A stretch of DNA of 64,000 nucleotides from Candidatus Methanogaster sp. (GTDB lineage: Archaea; Halobacteriota; Methanosarcinia; Methanosarcinales; Methanogasteraceae). A program made the position numbers and the translations under genes. The stretch is taken from the NCBI GenBank assembly GCA_013572355.1, contig QBUV01000091.1:950-64949 (forward strand). Direction: 5' to 3'. The notes under the pieces were generated by a model. The model was given only the letters and a program-made list of their open reading frames with translations. It had not been told where the DNA came from and did no database searches. Within the stretch, counting starts at the first letter, position 1, and every line of letters begins with the position of its first letter. Positions 30,522 through 40,996 of the stretch are shown here, piece by piece.

Positions 30522-31538
30522 ATGAAGCGCATAACATATCTGGTCCTGATCATCGGCATGGTTGTATGCGCAACCGCTCTTAACGGCTGTATCCGCCATG
30601 ATGATGCGTCTCAGGTGTCTCCACCCGGCGGTAGTACATATCTCAACTCGACAAACATCGACTGCGTGGACTGCCATGCAGTGCAGTATTTTGCCATAGA
30701 GAACGGGAGCGGCAGACATGCACCTCTGAACTGCACCTTCTGCCATATCCAGCATGGATATCAGCCAGACTGCCTGACCTGCCATCCTGATACGCATGGC
30801 ACAGGCATTCAGGGGTGCGAGATCTGCCATCCGAACCCACATGCTCCGGAGTTGCGGATCAATGATTCGCGTCTTAACGACAGTATATGCCAGCCATGCC
30901 ATCTCCCGCAGTACGATGCAATCGATAAGGGCACAGGCAGGCACTCGAAGTTAAAGTGCGATCTATGCCATGTCCAGCATGGCTACCTGCCCTCCTGTGA
31001 AGACTGCCACGGACTGTTTCATGGCAGCGATGTCACGGGCTGCGACGACTGCCATGATCCGCATGTGCCAGAGTCGATCGAATTTGATTACGGCAACAAT
31101 AGCGAATGTGCGCGATGCCACCACTCAGTCATCGAAGAGACGTTTGCGAGAGAGCATACAGTACATGCCGATTTGTCGTGCTATATGTGCCATCCGCTAC
31201 ATGCAGAGACGATGATGTGCATCGACTGCCATCCAGGGCACAGTACCGGGATGAGTATGCGCAACTGCCGCAACTGCCACCGGATCGGGCATGTGCCAAC
31301 CGACATCCTGTACTCCCCAGACGCCGCCGAAACTAAGTCCGGACTATGTGTGAACTGCCATGCAAAGCCGTTTAACACGATGTATGAAAGCGAAAGTGAG
31401 CACCGGTACATCGAATGCGTGGAGTGCCATCCCGCGCATGACGCAACCGTCGCGTGTGATGCGTGCCATACACAGGATCCGTCTCACGGGACTGAGTGCG
31501 TAGCATGTCACGATTCTGCGCACGACACGATCCCATAA
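30522..31538 (+). CDS. 16-heme c-type cytochrome, predicted lipoprotein
   Basis: 16 CxxCH motifs counted; signal peptide ending in lipobox-like ALNGC. Confidence 0.93.
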   Translation: MKRITYLVLIIGMVVCATALNGCIRHDDASQVSPPGGSTYLNSTNIDCVDCHAVQYFAIENGSGRHAPLNCTFCHIQHGYQPDCLTCHPDTHGTGIQGCEICHPNPHAPELRINDSRLNDSICQPCHLPQYDAIDKGTGRHSKLKCDLCHVQHGYLPSCEDCHGLFHGSDVTGCDDCHDPHVPESIEFDYGNNSECARCHHSVIEETFAREHTVHADLSCYMCHPLHAETMMCIDCHPGHSTGMSMRNCRNCHRIGHVPTDILYSPDAAETKSGLCVNCHAKPFNTMYESESEHRYIECVECHPAHDATVACDACHTQDPSHGTECVACHDSAHDTIP

Positions 31539-31685
31539 CGATCACGGTTTCAAGAACCTGAGGCGATCGGGGGTACAATCGCCATCACGATTATATCTAC
31601 ACGCTCAATACCGCGCGGTTAAAATTATGGGCTAAAAACACAGTGCTTAACATCATGCTTGACCCCTCTTTTGCGCTTGGGCAGG

Positions 31686-32966
31686 TCACTTGCCGACCAC
31701 TTCCCGCGCATCCATAACCTCGACCACATCCAGTTCTGTGACCACGACATCTGCCCCGACCACTCCCGCTAAACTCGGCACAGTCCTGCCAGAGTCCCCA
31801 AAGATCAGTTCCTTCACATATAGTCCTGCTTCACACTCGATTCTGACAACCGCAGAATCCCCTGCGAACGATTCGAGCAGGGCAGAGCGTACCGTTCGCT
31901 TCCGCACCAGATCAGCCCTCCGGTGGGTGACCCTGGTCGGGGTCCGCTGCCGGATCATGCCGGTTATCTCGCCCAGTCCCGAGACCAGTGTGTCACGATC
32001 GACACCCGCGCACGAGATCGTTGCAAGATACACCTTGTCGTGCCGCGCGCCTTTGAGATTCCTGACCGTCTGGTGATCGACAAAACGTAGACCAGAGACG
32101 GCGACTTTTCCTTCGCAGTAAACGTTAATCTCCTGTTCGAGCCGCTTAAGATCAGTCGTCCGTTTTCCGGGTTCGTTTACCTCGAGAACGAAAGGTCTTC
32201 CGTTCCCGAGCATGAGCGCATCGATATCCTCTCTGCCTGCGCCGTGAAACGTGGTGTCCGCGGCATCCATCGCCTCGATGACCTTGACCGAGATCAGTTC
32301 GTCCACAGACTCCTGATACATCTTGCCGGTAAAACCGCACCGCTCGCATCCCGCGCCCCGGCACTCCCTGCAGTGCCATCTGGTCTGCGGGATGCCGCGC
32401 ACCAGTTTCCGGTATCTCCCGCAGATGTATTCTGACCTGATCTGTAGCTCTACTGTGCCCTCGGAAATCTCAAGCAGGCAGACGATGTCTGGTTCTGTGA
32501 AATTAACTTCCTTTCCTGTCGCGCTTGCTATCAGTTTGCCGACCTCGCGGTTGATCTCTGATTTAAGCGGCTCAGCATGATCGGTTCCAATCGCCTCCCA
32601 CAGAAGTTCCTCATTCTCAGACAATAGCCCGCTAAGCCGGGTACCGACGAGAAACGTCTCGTACTCACGCCCGCCTACGGCGTCTATCGCTCTCGATGCC
32701 CAAGTATCGAGTTCCTCGAAGATGCCGTTACAGACCCAGCACCGCTCCGGAATCCGAAGGTCGGGGTGCATCGGTTCGTCATCGTCACCCGTTCCCGCCA
32801 TGTCCGCGGTCATCGCAAGCACCAGCCGGATCGCAGCCCCCCGCTCCCTGTTTGTAAGACCGGTTGACAGTTTCGCAAACTGCCTTCCAAGACAGTGATC
32901 GCAGATCAGACCCTCATCGAGGATGGCGCGTGCGATATCCGGGATCGTTTTGTCGTCACCACTCAT
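31686..32966 (-). CDS. pus10: tRNA pseudouridine(54/55) synthase
   Basis: [43 protein letters not shown]. Confidence 0.96.
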   Translation of the reverse strand: MSGDDKTIPDIARAILDEGLICDHCLGRQFAKLSTGLTNRERGAAIRLVLAMTADMAGTGDDDEPMHPDLRIPERCWVCNGIFEELDTWASRAIDAVGGREYETFLVGTRLSGLLSENEELLWEAIGTDHAEPLKSEINREVGKLIASATGKEVNFTEPDIVCLLEISEGTVELQIRSEYICGRYRKLVRGIPQTRWHCRECRGAGCERCGFTGKMYQESVDELISVKVIEAMDAADTTFHGAGREDIDALMLGNGRPFVLEVNEPGKRTTDLKRLEQEINVYCEGKVAVSGLRFVDHQTVRNLKGARHDKVYLATISCAGVDRDTLVSGLGEITGMIRQRTPTRVTHRRADLVRKRTVRSALLESFAGDSAVVRIECEAGLYVKELIFGDSGRTVPSLAGVVGADVVVTELDVVEVMDAREVVGK

Positions 32967-33426
32967 CAGGTATCTCGATCTCGCCGCTACCTATCGCCTG
33001 CTGCGCAGCCCTCGGATCCATCCCTTCTACGGTCACGCCCATCGGCACGCAGGCGCCGATAATCTCCTTTGCCGCATTCTTTGGCGTGTACGAAAGAACT
33101 CTGTCCTTTTTCATGCGTGCGACCCGCATTACCTGCTCAACGGTCAGATCTCCAACAATCTCATTCTCTGAAGACCCTTTCTCAATCCCGAGTTCTTTTA
33201 GGATCAGTGCTGAAGTCGGGGGTATCCCGACCTCGAGTGTCACGCTCTTGTCGGCGCCAACGATCACCTTGACAGGCACTTGCATGCCATCGAATTCCTT
33301 CGTCGCCTCATTGATGTCATCGACGACCTGCTTGATGTTGATGCCGAGCGGTCCGAGCGATGGACCGAGTGGCGGTCCTGCAGTCGCTTTCCCGCCGGAA
33401 ACCAGTGCTTCTACGATATCTACCAT
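32956..33426 (-). CDS. rpl11: 50S ribosomal protein uL11
   Basis: [25 protein letters not shown]. Confidence 0.97.
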   Translation of the reverse strand: MVDIVEALVSGGKATAGPPLGPSLGPLGINIKQVVDDINEATKEFDGMQVPVKVIVGADKSVTLEVGIPPTSALILKELGIEKGSSENEIVGDLTVEQVMRVARMKKDRVLSYTPKNAAKEIIGACVPMGVTVEGMDPRAAQQAIGSGEIEIPDEW

Positions 33427-33510
33427 TTTTTTGATCACCTTATGTTTTACATGCAATTCGAGCGATTGGGTGATAATAGTTTCGGAGGTTTCGGCGAGAC
33501 GTTCTGATCC

Positions 33511-33545
33511 CGGTGGAAACACTCTGATTTTCAGATAGTGTCTCC
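33511..33545 (-). repeat. Copy of dispersed ~35-bp end motif
   Basis: GGAGACACTATCTGAAAATCAGAGTGTTTCCACCG; similar to 40997-41032 and 48667-48701. Confidence 0.65.
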
Positions 33546-33576
33546 AAAACGTACGTGTTCGAGTAACTTGTGGATA

Positions 33577-33649
33577 AAATCAGTGGAATCCGTGCCCATA
33601 TATAGCTAAAAACCTTTATCAGCCACTGATTTACACAGATTACACAGAC
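33577..33649. repeat. Periodic palindrome D (CACAGAT-type units)
   Basis: AAATCAGTGG (33577) pairs with CCACTGATTT (33623), followed by ACACAGATTACACAGAC. Confidence 0.6.
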
Positions 33650-33713
33650 TCCGGGTTATCTGTTTGCCACACGTTACTCGAGCCTATTCTCTGAATATCC
33701 GGATTCGCCCTAA

Positions 33714-34460
33714 TCAGCCCAATGCCCCTGTGATGTACTCAACCCTCTGCGGCGCCTCCACTACCGGAACACGCCCGTACATCCCAACGTGCCCATCAAG
33801 GAGGATTAGGCCCCCCATGATCGGCTTAACTCCTTTTAGAATCGAGAATGCATCTTTGATCGATGCAATATCGATTGCCGCATTCCCGACAGCAGTGGCT
33901 GCCGCATCCGCAAGCGACACGTCGCCCGAGAGGATCGTTGCAGCGTCCGCATTCCCGAAACTGATCGAATGCCCGATCCTCCCGGATGAGGTGCATATTC
34001 CGAGAATGGACTCACGCGGCTCTATCTCAAGCCCGATGCTGACATCGTCCGTTCTTCCGGCGTATACCCCGACGATGACGGTCTCATCGTTGACAAGAGC
34101 GATGTCGCCGCCGTTATCCAGAATCGCATAAGTAGCACCGGCATCCACCATCGCTTCCACTGCGATTGCCGCAATCGTGCCTGCAACCGCGCTCATCGGG
34201 CCGATGCCAACCGCGCTGCCTGCATCCGTCATCCGCACCGCGATCTCAGGAGCGTTTTTTGGGCACTGGTATTCGTCGAGGGTGGATGCGAAGAACGGGT
34301 CTCTCCGGATGAATCTTTCCAGATCGCGTCTGCATGATTCGATCGCACGCTTTGCGACCGGGATGTACTGTTCCTCTGAACTGATGGTTACGATGGTCTC
34401 TTTGAGCTGGAAACGCTCTCTTATATGCTTGCTCTGTGGACTGCGGTCGGTCTTGTGCAT
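33714..34460 (-). CDS. UPF0280 family (ApbE-like) protein
   Basis: GPMSAVAGTIA, DNGGD, GICTSSG, SFGNADA, ADAAAT. Confidence 0.92.
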   Translation of the reverse strand: MHKTDRSPQSKHIRERFQLKETIVTISSEEQYIPVAKRAIESCRRDLERFIRRDPFFASTLDEYQCPKNAPEIAVRMTDAGSAVGIGPMSAVAGTIAAIAVEAMVDAGATYAILDNGGDIALVNDETVIVGVYAGRTDDVSIGLEIEPRESILGICTSSGRIGHSISFGNADAATILSGDVSLADAAATAVGNAAIDIASIKDAFSILKGVKPIMGGLILLDGHVGMYGRVPVVEAPQRVEYITGALG

Positions 34461-34489
34461 GATTATGGTCGTGTGTTGGGGATTATCTG

Positions 34490-34558
34490 TTAAGCGGTGG
34501 TTAGGTCCGTGAAAGGAAATGGAACCGATACAATATCCCCCTGCTCATAGATCGTCAT
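34490..34558 (-). pseudogene. Truncated PemK/MazF toxin (22 codons)
   Basis: Hand translation MTIYEQGDIVSVPFPFTDLTTA*; matches the GDIVxVPFPFTD N-terminus and stops before KxRP. Confidence 0.8.
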
Positions 34559-34635
34559 AATAGGCGTCCTCTTCATTATCCCAGAACTCAAAAGCAGTCT
34601 CGGATAATTTCAACCAATCTTTATTCGCATAACCC
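34545..34635 (-). pseudogene. C-terminal remnant of the cognate antitoxin (DUF2281-like)
   Basis: ...ANKDWLKLSETAFEFWDNEEDAYYDDL*, overlapping the MazF start; no clear start codon. Confidence 0.7.
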
Positions 34636-34649
34636 CCTCTCGCAATAGC

Positions 34650-35903
34650 CTATCCCTCCCGCGGATCCCTGATCTCCCCGGCAATCGCGCTCACCGCGGC
34701 AGTCTCGACCGACGACAGGTATATCTCCGAATTATTATTCCCCATCCTGCCCTTGAAGTTCCTGTTCTGCGTGGATAGTACCTTCTCCTCGTCTCCGAGC
34801 GCAACCGTCCGTCCGATACAGAATCCGCATCCGGGCGCGCATACTGCAGCACCTGCTTCGACGAGTGTTGCGATCACGCCCTCTGAGATCGCCTGCAAGA
34901 GCACGCTCCTGCTTGCAGGATACACGACCAGCCGGGTCCCCTCAGCCGCCTTCCTGCCCGCAAGCACGCGTGCGGCAATCCGCAGGTCCTCAATCCTCCC
35001 GTTGGTACACGATCCTATGCAGACCTGATCCAGCGGGAGTCCTTCGTATTCACCAACAGGACTCACGTTATCGACGCGATGCGGGGCAGCGATCTGCGGC
35101 TCGATGTCATCAGCAGCAATCACGATCTCGGATGCGTAATCCGCCTCTGGGTCAGGGGTGAGTGGCGCGTACTCATCAGATCTTCCGTAACGCGCAAGAA
35201 ACTCGCGTGTCTTCTCATCAGCAGCGCAGATCCCACATTTCCCGCCTGCTTCGATCGCCATGTTGCTCATAACAGCTCTTGACTCCACACTCATATCATC
35301 TACCACGCTTCCGAGAAATTCCATCGACATGTATGTCGCACCGTCCGCGGTGATCCTGCCGCAGAGATACAGGAAAGCATCCTTCGAATAGACGTGCGCA
35401 CCAAGGTTTCCTGTGACCTCGATCCTGTAACTCGTTGGTACCTTCAGCCACGCCTTCCCGTATGCCATGATCGCTGCCATGTCAGTCGATCCCATGCCTG
35501 TCGCAAACGCGCCGAGCGCGCCATGTGTGCATGTGTGGCTATCAGCGCCGATGATTACCTTGTATGGGGCTGCGTGCCGTTCGAGCACGATCTGGTGGCA
35601 TACGCCGTCGCCGTTCTCATAAAACGCAATCCCATTTTCCTGCGCGAATCTCCGCATCATGATCTGGACATTTGAGACCTGCTCGCTCGGGGACGGTGAC
35701 GCGTGGTCGCAGACCGCGATCACTTTGTCGGGATCGTGAACGGTTCTTGTCGCAAGTTCGTCCTCCATCAACTGGATCGCAAGCGGAAGCGTGCCATCGT
35801 GCGCGAATGCGAGATCCACAGGCGCGACTATCATATCATTCGGCAGAACGTCTCTTCCGGTCTTTCTGGACAGGATCTTCTCTACCATTGTTTGTGTGGT
35901 CAT
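34650..35903 (-). CDS. 3-isopropylmalate dehydratase / homoaconitase family large subunit
   Basis: GVCHQ, GADSHTCTHG, IGSCTNGRIEDL, PGCGFC, NRNFKGRMG; LeuC versus AksD not resolvable by eye. Confidence 0.93.
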   Translation of the reverse strand: MTTQTMVEKILSRKTGRDVLPNDMIVAPVDLAFAHDGTLPLAIQLMEDELATRTVHDPDKVIAVCDHASPSPSEQVSNVQIMMRRFAQENGIAFYENGDGVCHQIVLERHAAPYKVIIGADSHTCTHGALGAFATGMGSTDMAAIMAYGKAWLKVPTSYRIEVTGNLGAHVYSKDAFLYLCGRITADGATYMSMEFLGSVVDDMSVESRAVMSNMAIEAGGKCGICAADEKTREFLARYGRSDEYAPLTPDPEADYASEIVIAADDIEPQIAAPHRVDNVSPVGEYEGLPLDQVCIGSCTNGRIEDLRIAARVLAGRKAAEGTRLVVYPASRSVLLQAISEGVIATLVEAGAAVCAPGCGFCIGRTVALGDEEKVLSTQNRNFKGRMGNNNSEIYLSSVETAAVSAIAGEIRDPREG

Positions 35904-35974
35904 GGTTATCTCCAGCGAAAGTCCTTATATCACCGAAACATAGATAAATGGCTACCCAACAATTGGAGGTAATC

Positions 35975-36583
35975 ATGAGATTAAAAGATATTGTGCTAAT
36001 CGTGGCAGTCGCGTCACTGCTACTATCATCAGGATGTATCGGGCAGGATGAGAAGGTTGTCGACAGCGACGGCGATGGATGGGACGATGAACAGGAACTG
36101 GTTGCCGGAACCGATCCGAACAATGTGGATACCGATGGCGATGGTTACTGGGATTCAAAGGATGAAAACCCACTCGATCCGAACATACCGGCCCCAAGGG
36201 AAACGCCGACGCCGGTAGAGGCGGCTACACCGATACCACGACCTACCACATCAGCCACACCGACCATAACTCATGTATTCGAGATCACCGATCCTGCGGA
36301 TGGGGATAGCGTTCCCCGTTTAATCGATGTCAGAGGTCATGGCGGCATGCCCGGCGCAAAGGTCAGGATTCATGTCTACATTGAAGATGAAGGAGATATT
36401 CTTCGACCCGCCGTAGGGTATGTCGACGAGGACGGTAACTGGGAAATAGAGGATATTGGACTATGGGACGTTACAGGGTACACAATAGGGGACGAGGCTA
36501 TGATCTATGCGGTGATGACTGTTTCACAAGCGGGTGACACAATTATACGTGCTTCCGAGAACGTCACGGTGTACCGGGTATAG
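35975..36583 (+). CDS. Lipoprotein with TSP3-like Ca-binding motifs, Pro/Thr linker and Ig-like C-terminal domain
   Basis: LLLSSGC lipobox; DSDGDGWDD...DTDGDG; GGAGGT RBS. Confidence 0.8.
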   Translation: MRLKDIVLIVAVASLLLSSGCIGQDEKVVDSDGDGWDDEQELVAGTDPNNVDTDGDGYWDSKDENPLDPNIPAPRETPTPVEAATPIPRPTTSATPTITHVFEITDPADGDSVPRLIDVRGHGGMPGAKVRIHVYIEDEGDILRPAVGYVDEDGNWEIEDIGLWDVTGYTIGDEAMIYAVMTVSQAGDTIIRASENVTVYRV

Positions 36584-36596
36584 GAGATCATCAAGG

Positions 36597-37475
36597 ATGA
36601 TTACAGAGAGTCTACTGGCACCGGGACATCGCGGATGCGCAGGGTGCGGAGCATCGCTTGCAGCGAAGTTTGTTCTTGAAGGCGCTGGCAGTGACTGCAT
36701 CGTGTGCGGTCCTACCGGCTGCCTTGAGGTATTCACAACCCCCTACCCTGAATCGGCATGGCGGGTCCCGTACATCCACTCGCTCTTCGAAAACCCTGCC
36801 GCAGTCGCGTCAGGGATCGAGACCGCACTCGCTGCCCGCGGCAATACCCATACAAAAGTGCTCGTCATCGCAGGCGATGGCTCCACGTTCGATATCGGCA
36901 TCCGCAGTATATCCGGTGCATTCGAGCGCGGGCACAACATAACGTACGTGTGCTACGACAACGAGGCGTACATGAACACGGGCATCCAGCGCAGTGCAGC
37001 AACGCCTTTTGACGCATCGACCACGACGTCCCCTTCCGGAACGGTTTCTTACGGCAATCCCTTCCCGAAGAAGGATATGCCCGCGATCCTCGTGGCGCAT
37101 GGCTCACCTTATGTGGCGACCGCTTCAATTGCGTACCCAAAAGACGTGATCCGCAAGATAAAAACCGCTACCGAGACCGAGGGTCCGACTTATGTCCAGA
37201 TCCACGCGTCATGTTGTACTGGCTGGTACTTCGACAGTTCACTGGGTGTCGAGGTCGTACGGCTTGCAGTCCAGACCGCGCTGTACCCGATCTTTGAGAT
37301 CGTGGACGGAAAACTCGGGAAGGTGCATAAGATCAAACAAAAGCCTGTCGAGGAGTACCTCCGGATACAGAAGCGGTTTGCGCACCTGTTCAAAGATGAG
37401 AGCGGAAGAGCTGAGATTGCGAAGATTCAGGCAATTGCTGACGAGAACGTCCGGAAATACGGGCTTGTTGGGTGA
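36597..37475 (+). CDS. porB: Pyruvate:ferredoxin oxidoreductase-type beta subunit
   Basis: PGHRGCAGCG, HSLFEN, GDGSTFDIG, YDNEAYMNTGIQRS. Confidence 0.9.
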   Translation: MITESLLAPGHRGCAGCGASLAAKFVLEGAGSDCIVCGPTGCLEVFTTPYPESAWRVPYIHSLFENPAAVASGIETALAARGNTHTKVLVIAGDGSTFDIGIRSISGAFERGHNITYVCYDNEAYMNTGIQRSAATPFDASTTTSPSGTVSYGNPFPKKDMPAILVAHGSPYVATASIAYPKDVIRKIKTATETEGPTYVQIHASCCTGWYFDSSLGVEVVRLAVQTALYPIFEIVDGKLGKVHKIKQKPVEEYLRIQKRFAHLFKDESGRAEIAKIQAIADENVRKYGLVG

Positions 37476-37500
37476 AACATAAATCTGTGAGATGATATAA

Positions 37501-38163
37501 TTGACTATAGAGAATGAAGATTTTATACGGATAAACTATACCGGGCGATTGGACGACGGCATGGTGTTCGACACCACCGACGAGGAAGTCGCAAAGGAAC
37601 ATGACATATACGATGAGAAGACCCGATACGATTCTTTCGTGATCGTCGTTGGCAAAGGGCATGTCGTGGAAGGACTGGATGAGGATATTGTCGGGAAGGA
37701 AGCCGGCTATCACGGGACGGTTGAGATTCCGCCGGAGAAGGGCTACGGCGAACACAAAACGGAACTGGTAAAGACATATCCCACATCCAAATTTACAGAG
37801 CCGCCTGTGAAAGGTATGCGGGCGGTCGTCGATGGGCAACAGGGCATGGTTGTCATGACGATCGGGCGCAGGGTGCGCATCGATTTCAACAGTCCGATGG
37901 CTGGCAAAACTCTGATCTTCGATTATGTGATCGAAGAAAAGATCGATGACGACCTCGACAAGATCAAATCCCTGTTACAATCTTACTTCAGGATGGATTT
38001 TGATGTGGAGCTTGTCGATGAGACTGCTGTGATCGAACCGCCAAGTGATCTCAGGCTAAATCAGAACTGGCTGCTCGTGAAGTCGAGGATCGCAAGCGAA
38101 CTCCTCGGATCGATGGAACTTGATAACGTGAAATTCGTTGAGACGTATCAGAACTCTGAATAG
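37501..38163 (+). CDS. FKBP-type peptidyl-prolyl isomerase (long archaeal SlyD-like)
   Basis: YTGRL...FDTT, GLDE, PPEKGYG, DFNSPMAGK. Confidence 0.93.
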   Translation: MTIENEDFIRINYTGRLDDGMVFDTTDEEVAKEHDIYDEKTRYDSFVIVVGKGHVVEGLDEDIVGKEAGYHGTVEIPPEKGYGEHKTELVKTYPTSKFTEPPVKGMRAVVDGQQGMVVMTIGRRVRIDFNSPMAGKTLIFDYVIEEKIDDDLDKIKSLLQSYFRMDFDVELVDETAVIEPPSDLRLNQNWLLVKSRIASELLGSMELDNVKFVETYQNSE

Positions 38164-38168
38164 GGGTC

Positions 38169-39293
38169 ATGAAAGCCTGTATTATGTGCGGTGGACTGGG
38201 CACGAGACTCCGTCCACTGACCCTTGAGCGACCAAAGCCGCTGATACCGCTTCTGAACAAACCCTCGATCATGCACTTGATCGAGCACCTGAAGATCCAG
38301 GGGTTCACAGATGCCGTGCTGACACTCGGTTATCTCGGCGAGATGATCGAAGAAGAGGCGCGGAAGACCGGGGGCATCGATATCGATTGCGTGTACGAAC
38401 GAACCGCGCTCGGGACTGCAGGAGGGGTCAAGAACGCCAGATCGCACCTCGAAGATGACACGTTCATGGTCGTTGGCGGCGATCACGTCCTTGACCTGCA
38501 GCTTCGTGAGATGTGCCGGTTCCACGAGACAAACGACGCCATAGTCACAATCGGGCTGGTCTGCATCGACAATCCTTTCGAGTACGGGGTATGCGACATG
38601 GATTCGGATGGCGTGATCCACAGGTTCCTTGAAAAGCCAGAACCCGGTGAGGCATTCAGCAATCTCGTAAATACCGGGATCTATGTCTGCGATCCCGAGA
38701 TTCTGGACTGGATCCCGGGCGGAGAGATGTATGACTTTGCAAAGGACGTCTTTCCTGCCCTGCTCGACGCTGGAAAGGAGATCGATGGCTTTCTAGTGCA
38801 GGGCAGATGGACCGACATCGGCAATCACGAGATGTACCGGAACGCATGTAAATGGAAACTCGATCAGATATCTGGCAGCGCAAGAACCCCCACACCACGG
38901 ATCAGGGATCCAGTGATGATCGGGGGAGGTTCTGATATCGCGGAATCGTCCATGATCGTTGGTCCGGTTGTGATCGGCGAAGATACAACGATTGGGGCTC
39001 GGGTGCTGATCGGTCCGTACACAACGATCGGATCGAACTGCACGATTGAGGATGATGCGCACATCTTAACCTCGCATATCTATGACAACGTCCGGATCGG
39101 CAAGGGATCGCTTATCTTCAGTTCTATCATCGACAATGATTGTCACGTGCACGAGAATTGTTCGCTCGAGACCGGGACTGTGCTCGGTTCGAGGGCGGTT
39201 GTTTCAGAGGGTGCAATCCTCTCGGGTGTTCGGATATGGTCAGATAATGTCGTAGAGCGAGGGGGGCACCTGCGGAGTGATGTGGTCGACTGA
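38169..39293 (+). CDS. NDP-sugar synthase (mannose-1-phosphate guanylyltransferase-like)
   Basis: GGLGTRLRPLT-x-RPKP, FLEKP, WTDIG; hexapeptide repeats. Confidence 0.92.
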   Translation: MKACIMCGGLGTRLRPLTLERPKPLIPLLNKPSIMHLIEHLKIQGFTDAVLTLGYLGEMIEEEARKTGGIDIDCVYERTALGTAGGVKNARSHLEDDTFMVVGGDHVLDLQLREMCRFHETNDAIVTIGLVCIDNPFEYGVCDMDSDGVIHRFLEKPEPGEAFSNLVNTGIYVCDPEILDWIPGGEMYDFAKDVFPALLDAGKEIDGFLVQGRWTDIGNHEMYRNACKWKLDQISGSARTPTPRIRDPVMIGGGSDIAESSMIVGPVVIGEDTTIGARVLIGPYTTIGSNCTIEDDAHILTSHIYDNVRIGKGSLIFSSIIDNDCHVHENCSLETGTVLGSRAVVSEGAILSGVRIWSDNVVERGGHLRSDVVD

Positions 39294-39457
39294 GGCACCA
39301 GCACCATGGTGCCTGCGATGCTCTAAATCCGCTAAACTGCGCTTTTTTTTATTGGCAGACCAAAGATCGATACTGCCCCTTTTCAGCAACACCACAAGCC
39401 GAAACCACTTCTCCCACGAAAAGAGATAAGATGCATCCGGTCGAATCTGAACCTTAA

Positions 39458-40498
39458 GTGAAGAACGAAAAAGAGATCATCGAAGCCGCGCTCTTTGCTT
39501 CAGGCGGTGCAGTTGATATAACCCGGTTAAGCGACCTGATCGACAAACCAGTGGACGAAACATCCCTGATCGCAGACGGATTGGTCGAAGAGTACCGGGA
39601 ACGGGAATCCGGAATCGAGATCATAAAATCGAGAAATGCAGAGTACCTGATGCAGGTCATGCCCGAATACGTCGAATACGTGCGGTCGTTCGCCCCAAAA
39701 GAACTTCCTGCGCCTGTGCTCCGCACATTATCGGTGATCGCATACCACCAGCCAGTAACGCAGTCGGATCTCGTGAGGATTCGTGGAAACTCGGCTTATT
39801 CGCATGTGCATGACTTGCTCGGGATGGAACTGATCGGGTCCGTTCCAACAGGGCATACAAAACTCCTTACGACGACGCACAGATTTGCGGAGTACTTCGG
39901 TCTGGATTCGAGTGACCCGGAAGCTATTCGGAATGCGCTTAAGTCGAGGATGGAGTCGCGGATCGGAGTTACCCCGATGTACGGATCGCTTCTGCGGCGG
40001 TGCGGGATTCCACATGTTGTAGTCGGTGCATACAACCCGTCTGCCGAGGATCTCGATTTGTTTGGCGATATTCAGGTGCTTGTTATCTCAAAAGGGTATA
40101 CAGACAAGGTACGCGGGAATTTTTCAGGAGAGATCATTGAGATCGCATCTGCCACCTTCGATGACCTGCTTGAGTCGGTAAAAGCGATCGGCAGGTATGG
40201 CAGGAAGAACGATGTTTCGAAGGTCGTCCTGGAACTGGAAGAATTGAAAGAGGGATATCGTGAAAAATCACGGAAACTGGATGCGGAACTGAATATCAAG
40301 GTAAAGCCAGCATCGGAAATGGCAGCCCGCATCCTAAACGATCTCGGATTTACGATATCACAGACCGGGGTGCTGGTTGCGCCGGATTATCTCGGTACCG
40401 GGGATATTACGTTTCCCACGCACAGCAATGCGTCTGCTGACGTGATCGAGCGGATAGCTGCCAGATACGATGCTATACTCGAAGGGCTGCGCGGGTGA
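39458..40498 (+). CDS. scpB: SMC-Scp complex subunit ScpB with C-terminal extension
   Basis: IEAALF, LRTLSVIAYHQPVTQ, IRG, TTTHRFAEYFGL. Confidence 0.9.
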   Translation: MKNEKEIIEAALFASGGAVDITRLSDLIDKPVDETSLIADGLVEEYRERESGIEIIKSRNAEYLMQVMPEYVEYVRSFAPKELPAPVLRTLSVIAYHQPVTQSDLVRIRGNSAYSHVHDLLGMELIGSVPTGHTKLLTTTHRFAEYFGLDSSDPEAIRNALKSRMESRIGVTPMYGSLLRRCGIPHVVVGAYNPSAEDLDLFGDIQVLVISKGYTDKVRGNFSGEIIEIASATFDDLLESVKAIGRYGRKNDVSKVVLELEELKEGYREKSRKLDAELNIKVKPASEMAARILNDLGFTISQTGVLVAPDYLGTGDITFPTHSNASADVIERIAARYDAILEGLRG

Positions 40499-40514
40499 TT
40501 CCGTGAATTGTTTG

Positions 40515-40934
40515 TCACTCGATTGTCGCATCTATCGTGACAACAGTCTTCATCGAATTTAAGACGAGAGCGCCTTTTTCGACCTGCGCAACTATCTCTT
40601 TCACGGTTCCCTTGTCACCATCCGTCTTTATTCTCGGCTTCACAACGATCGTCGTGAACATCATCCCCCTCTCTACCTTTTCAAGCGTCCCTTCTGCGCT
40701 GGACTCGTAGGAGAGGATGTTGATGCCGGCTTTCTTTGTCTTTGCGATGAACGTGGTCAGAGCGCACGCATTCGCAGATGCGACAAAGAGTTCTTCAGGG
40801 CTTACAAAGCCTTCCGGACCATGGAATTCCGGTGGCGTGGCAAACTCAAAACTTGCCTTGTCGCCGAAAGATACGGTCGCCTGATATCCGCTGTTCCATT
40901 TCAGGGTGTTTGAGAAGATGAATTTTGTCTCCAT
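40515..40934 (-). CDS. OsmC family protein
   Basis: TPPEFHG...SPEELFVASANAC; start at METKF. Confidence 0.88.
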   Translation of the reverse strand: METKFIFSNTLKWNSGYQATVSFGDKASFEFATPPEFHGPEGFVSPEELFVASANACALTTFIAKTKKAGINILSYESSAEGTLEKVERGMMFTTIVVKPRIKTDGDKGTVKEIVAQVEKGALVLNSMKTVVTIDATIE

Positions 40935-40996
40935 CGGTACCAATCTCCTTACGATTGGATGATCGTGCAGATCGCTTAAAAATCTTTGCTGCGGAG

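Noticed and set aside
39293..39314. Hairpin AGGCACCA-gcacca-TGGTGCCT after the NDP-sugar synthase
   Set aside because: Single short copy, most likely terminator-associated.
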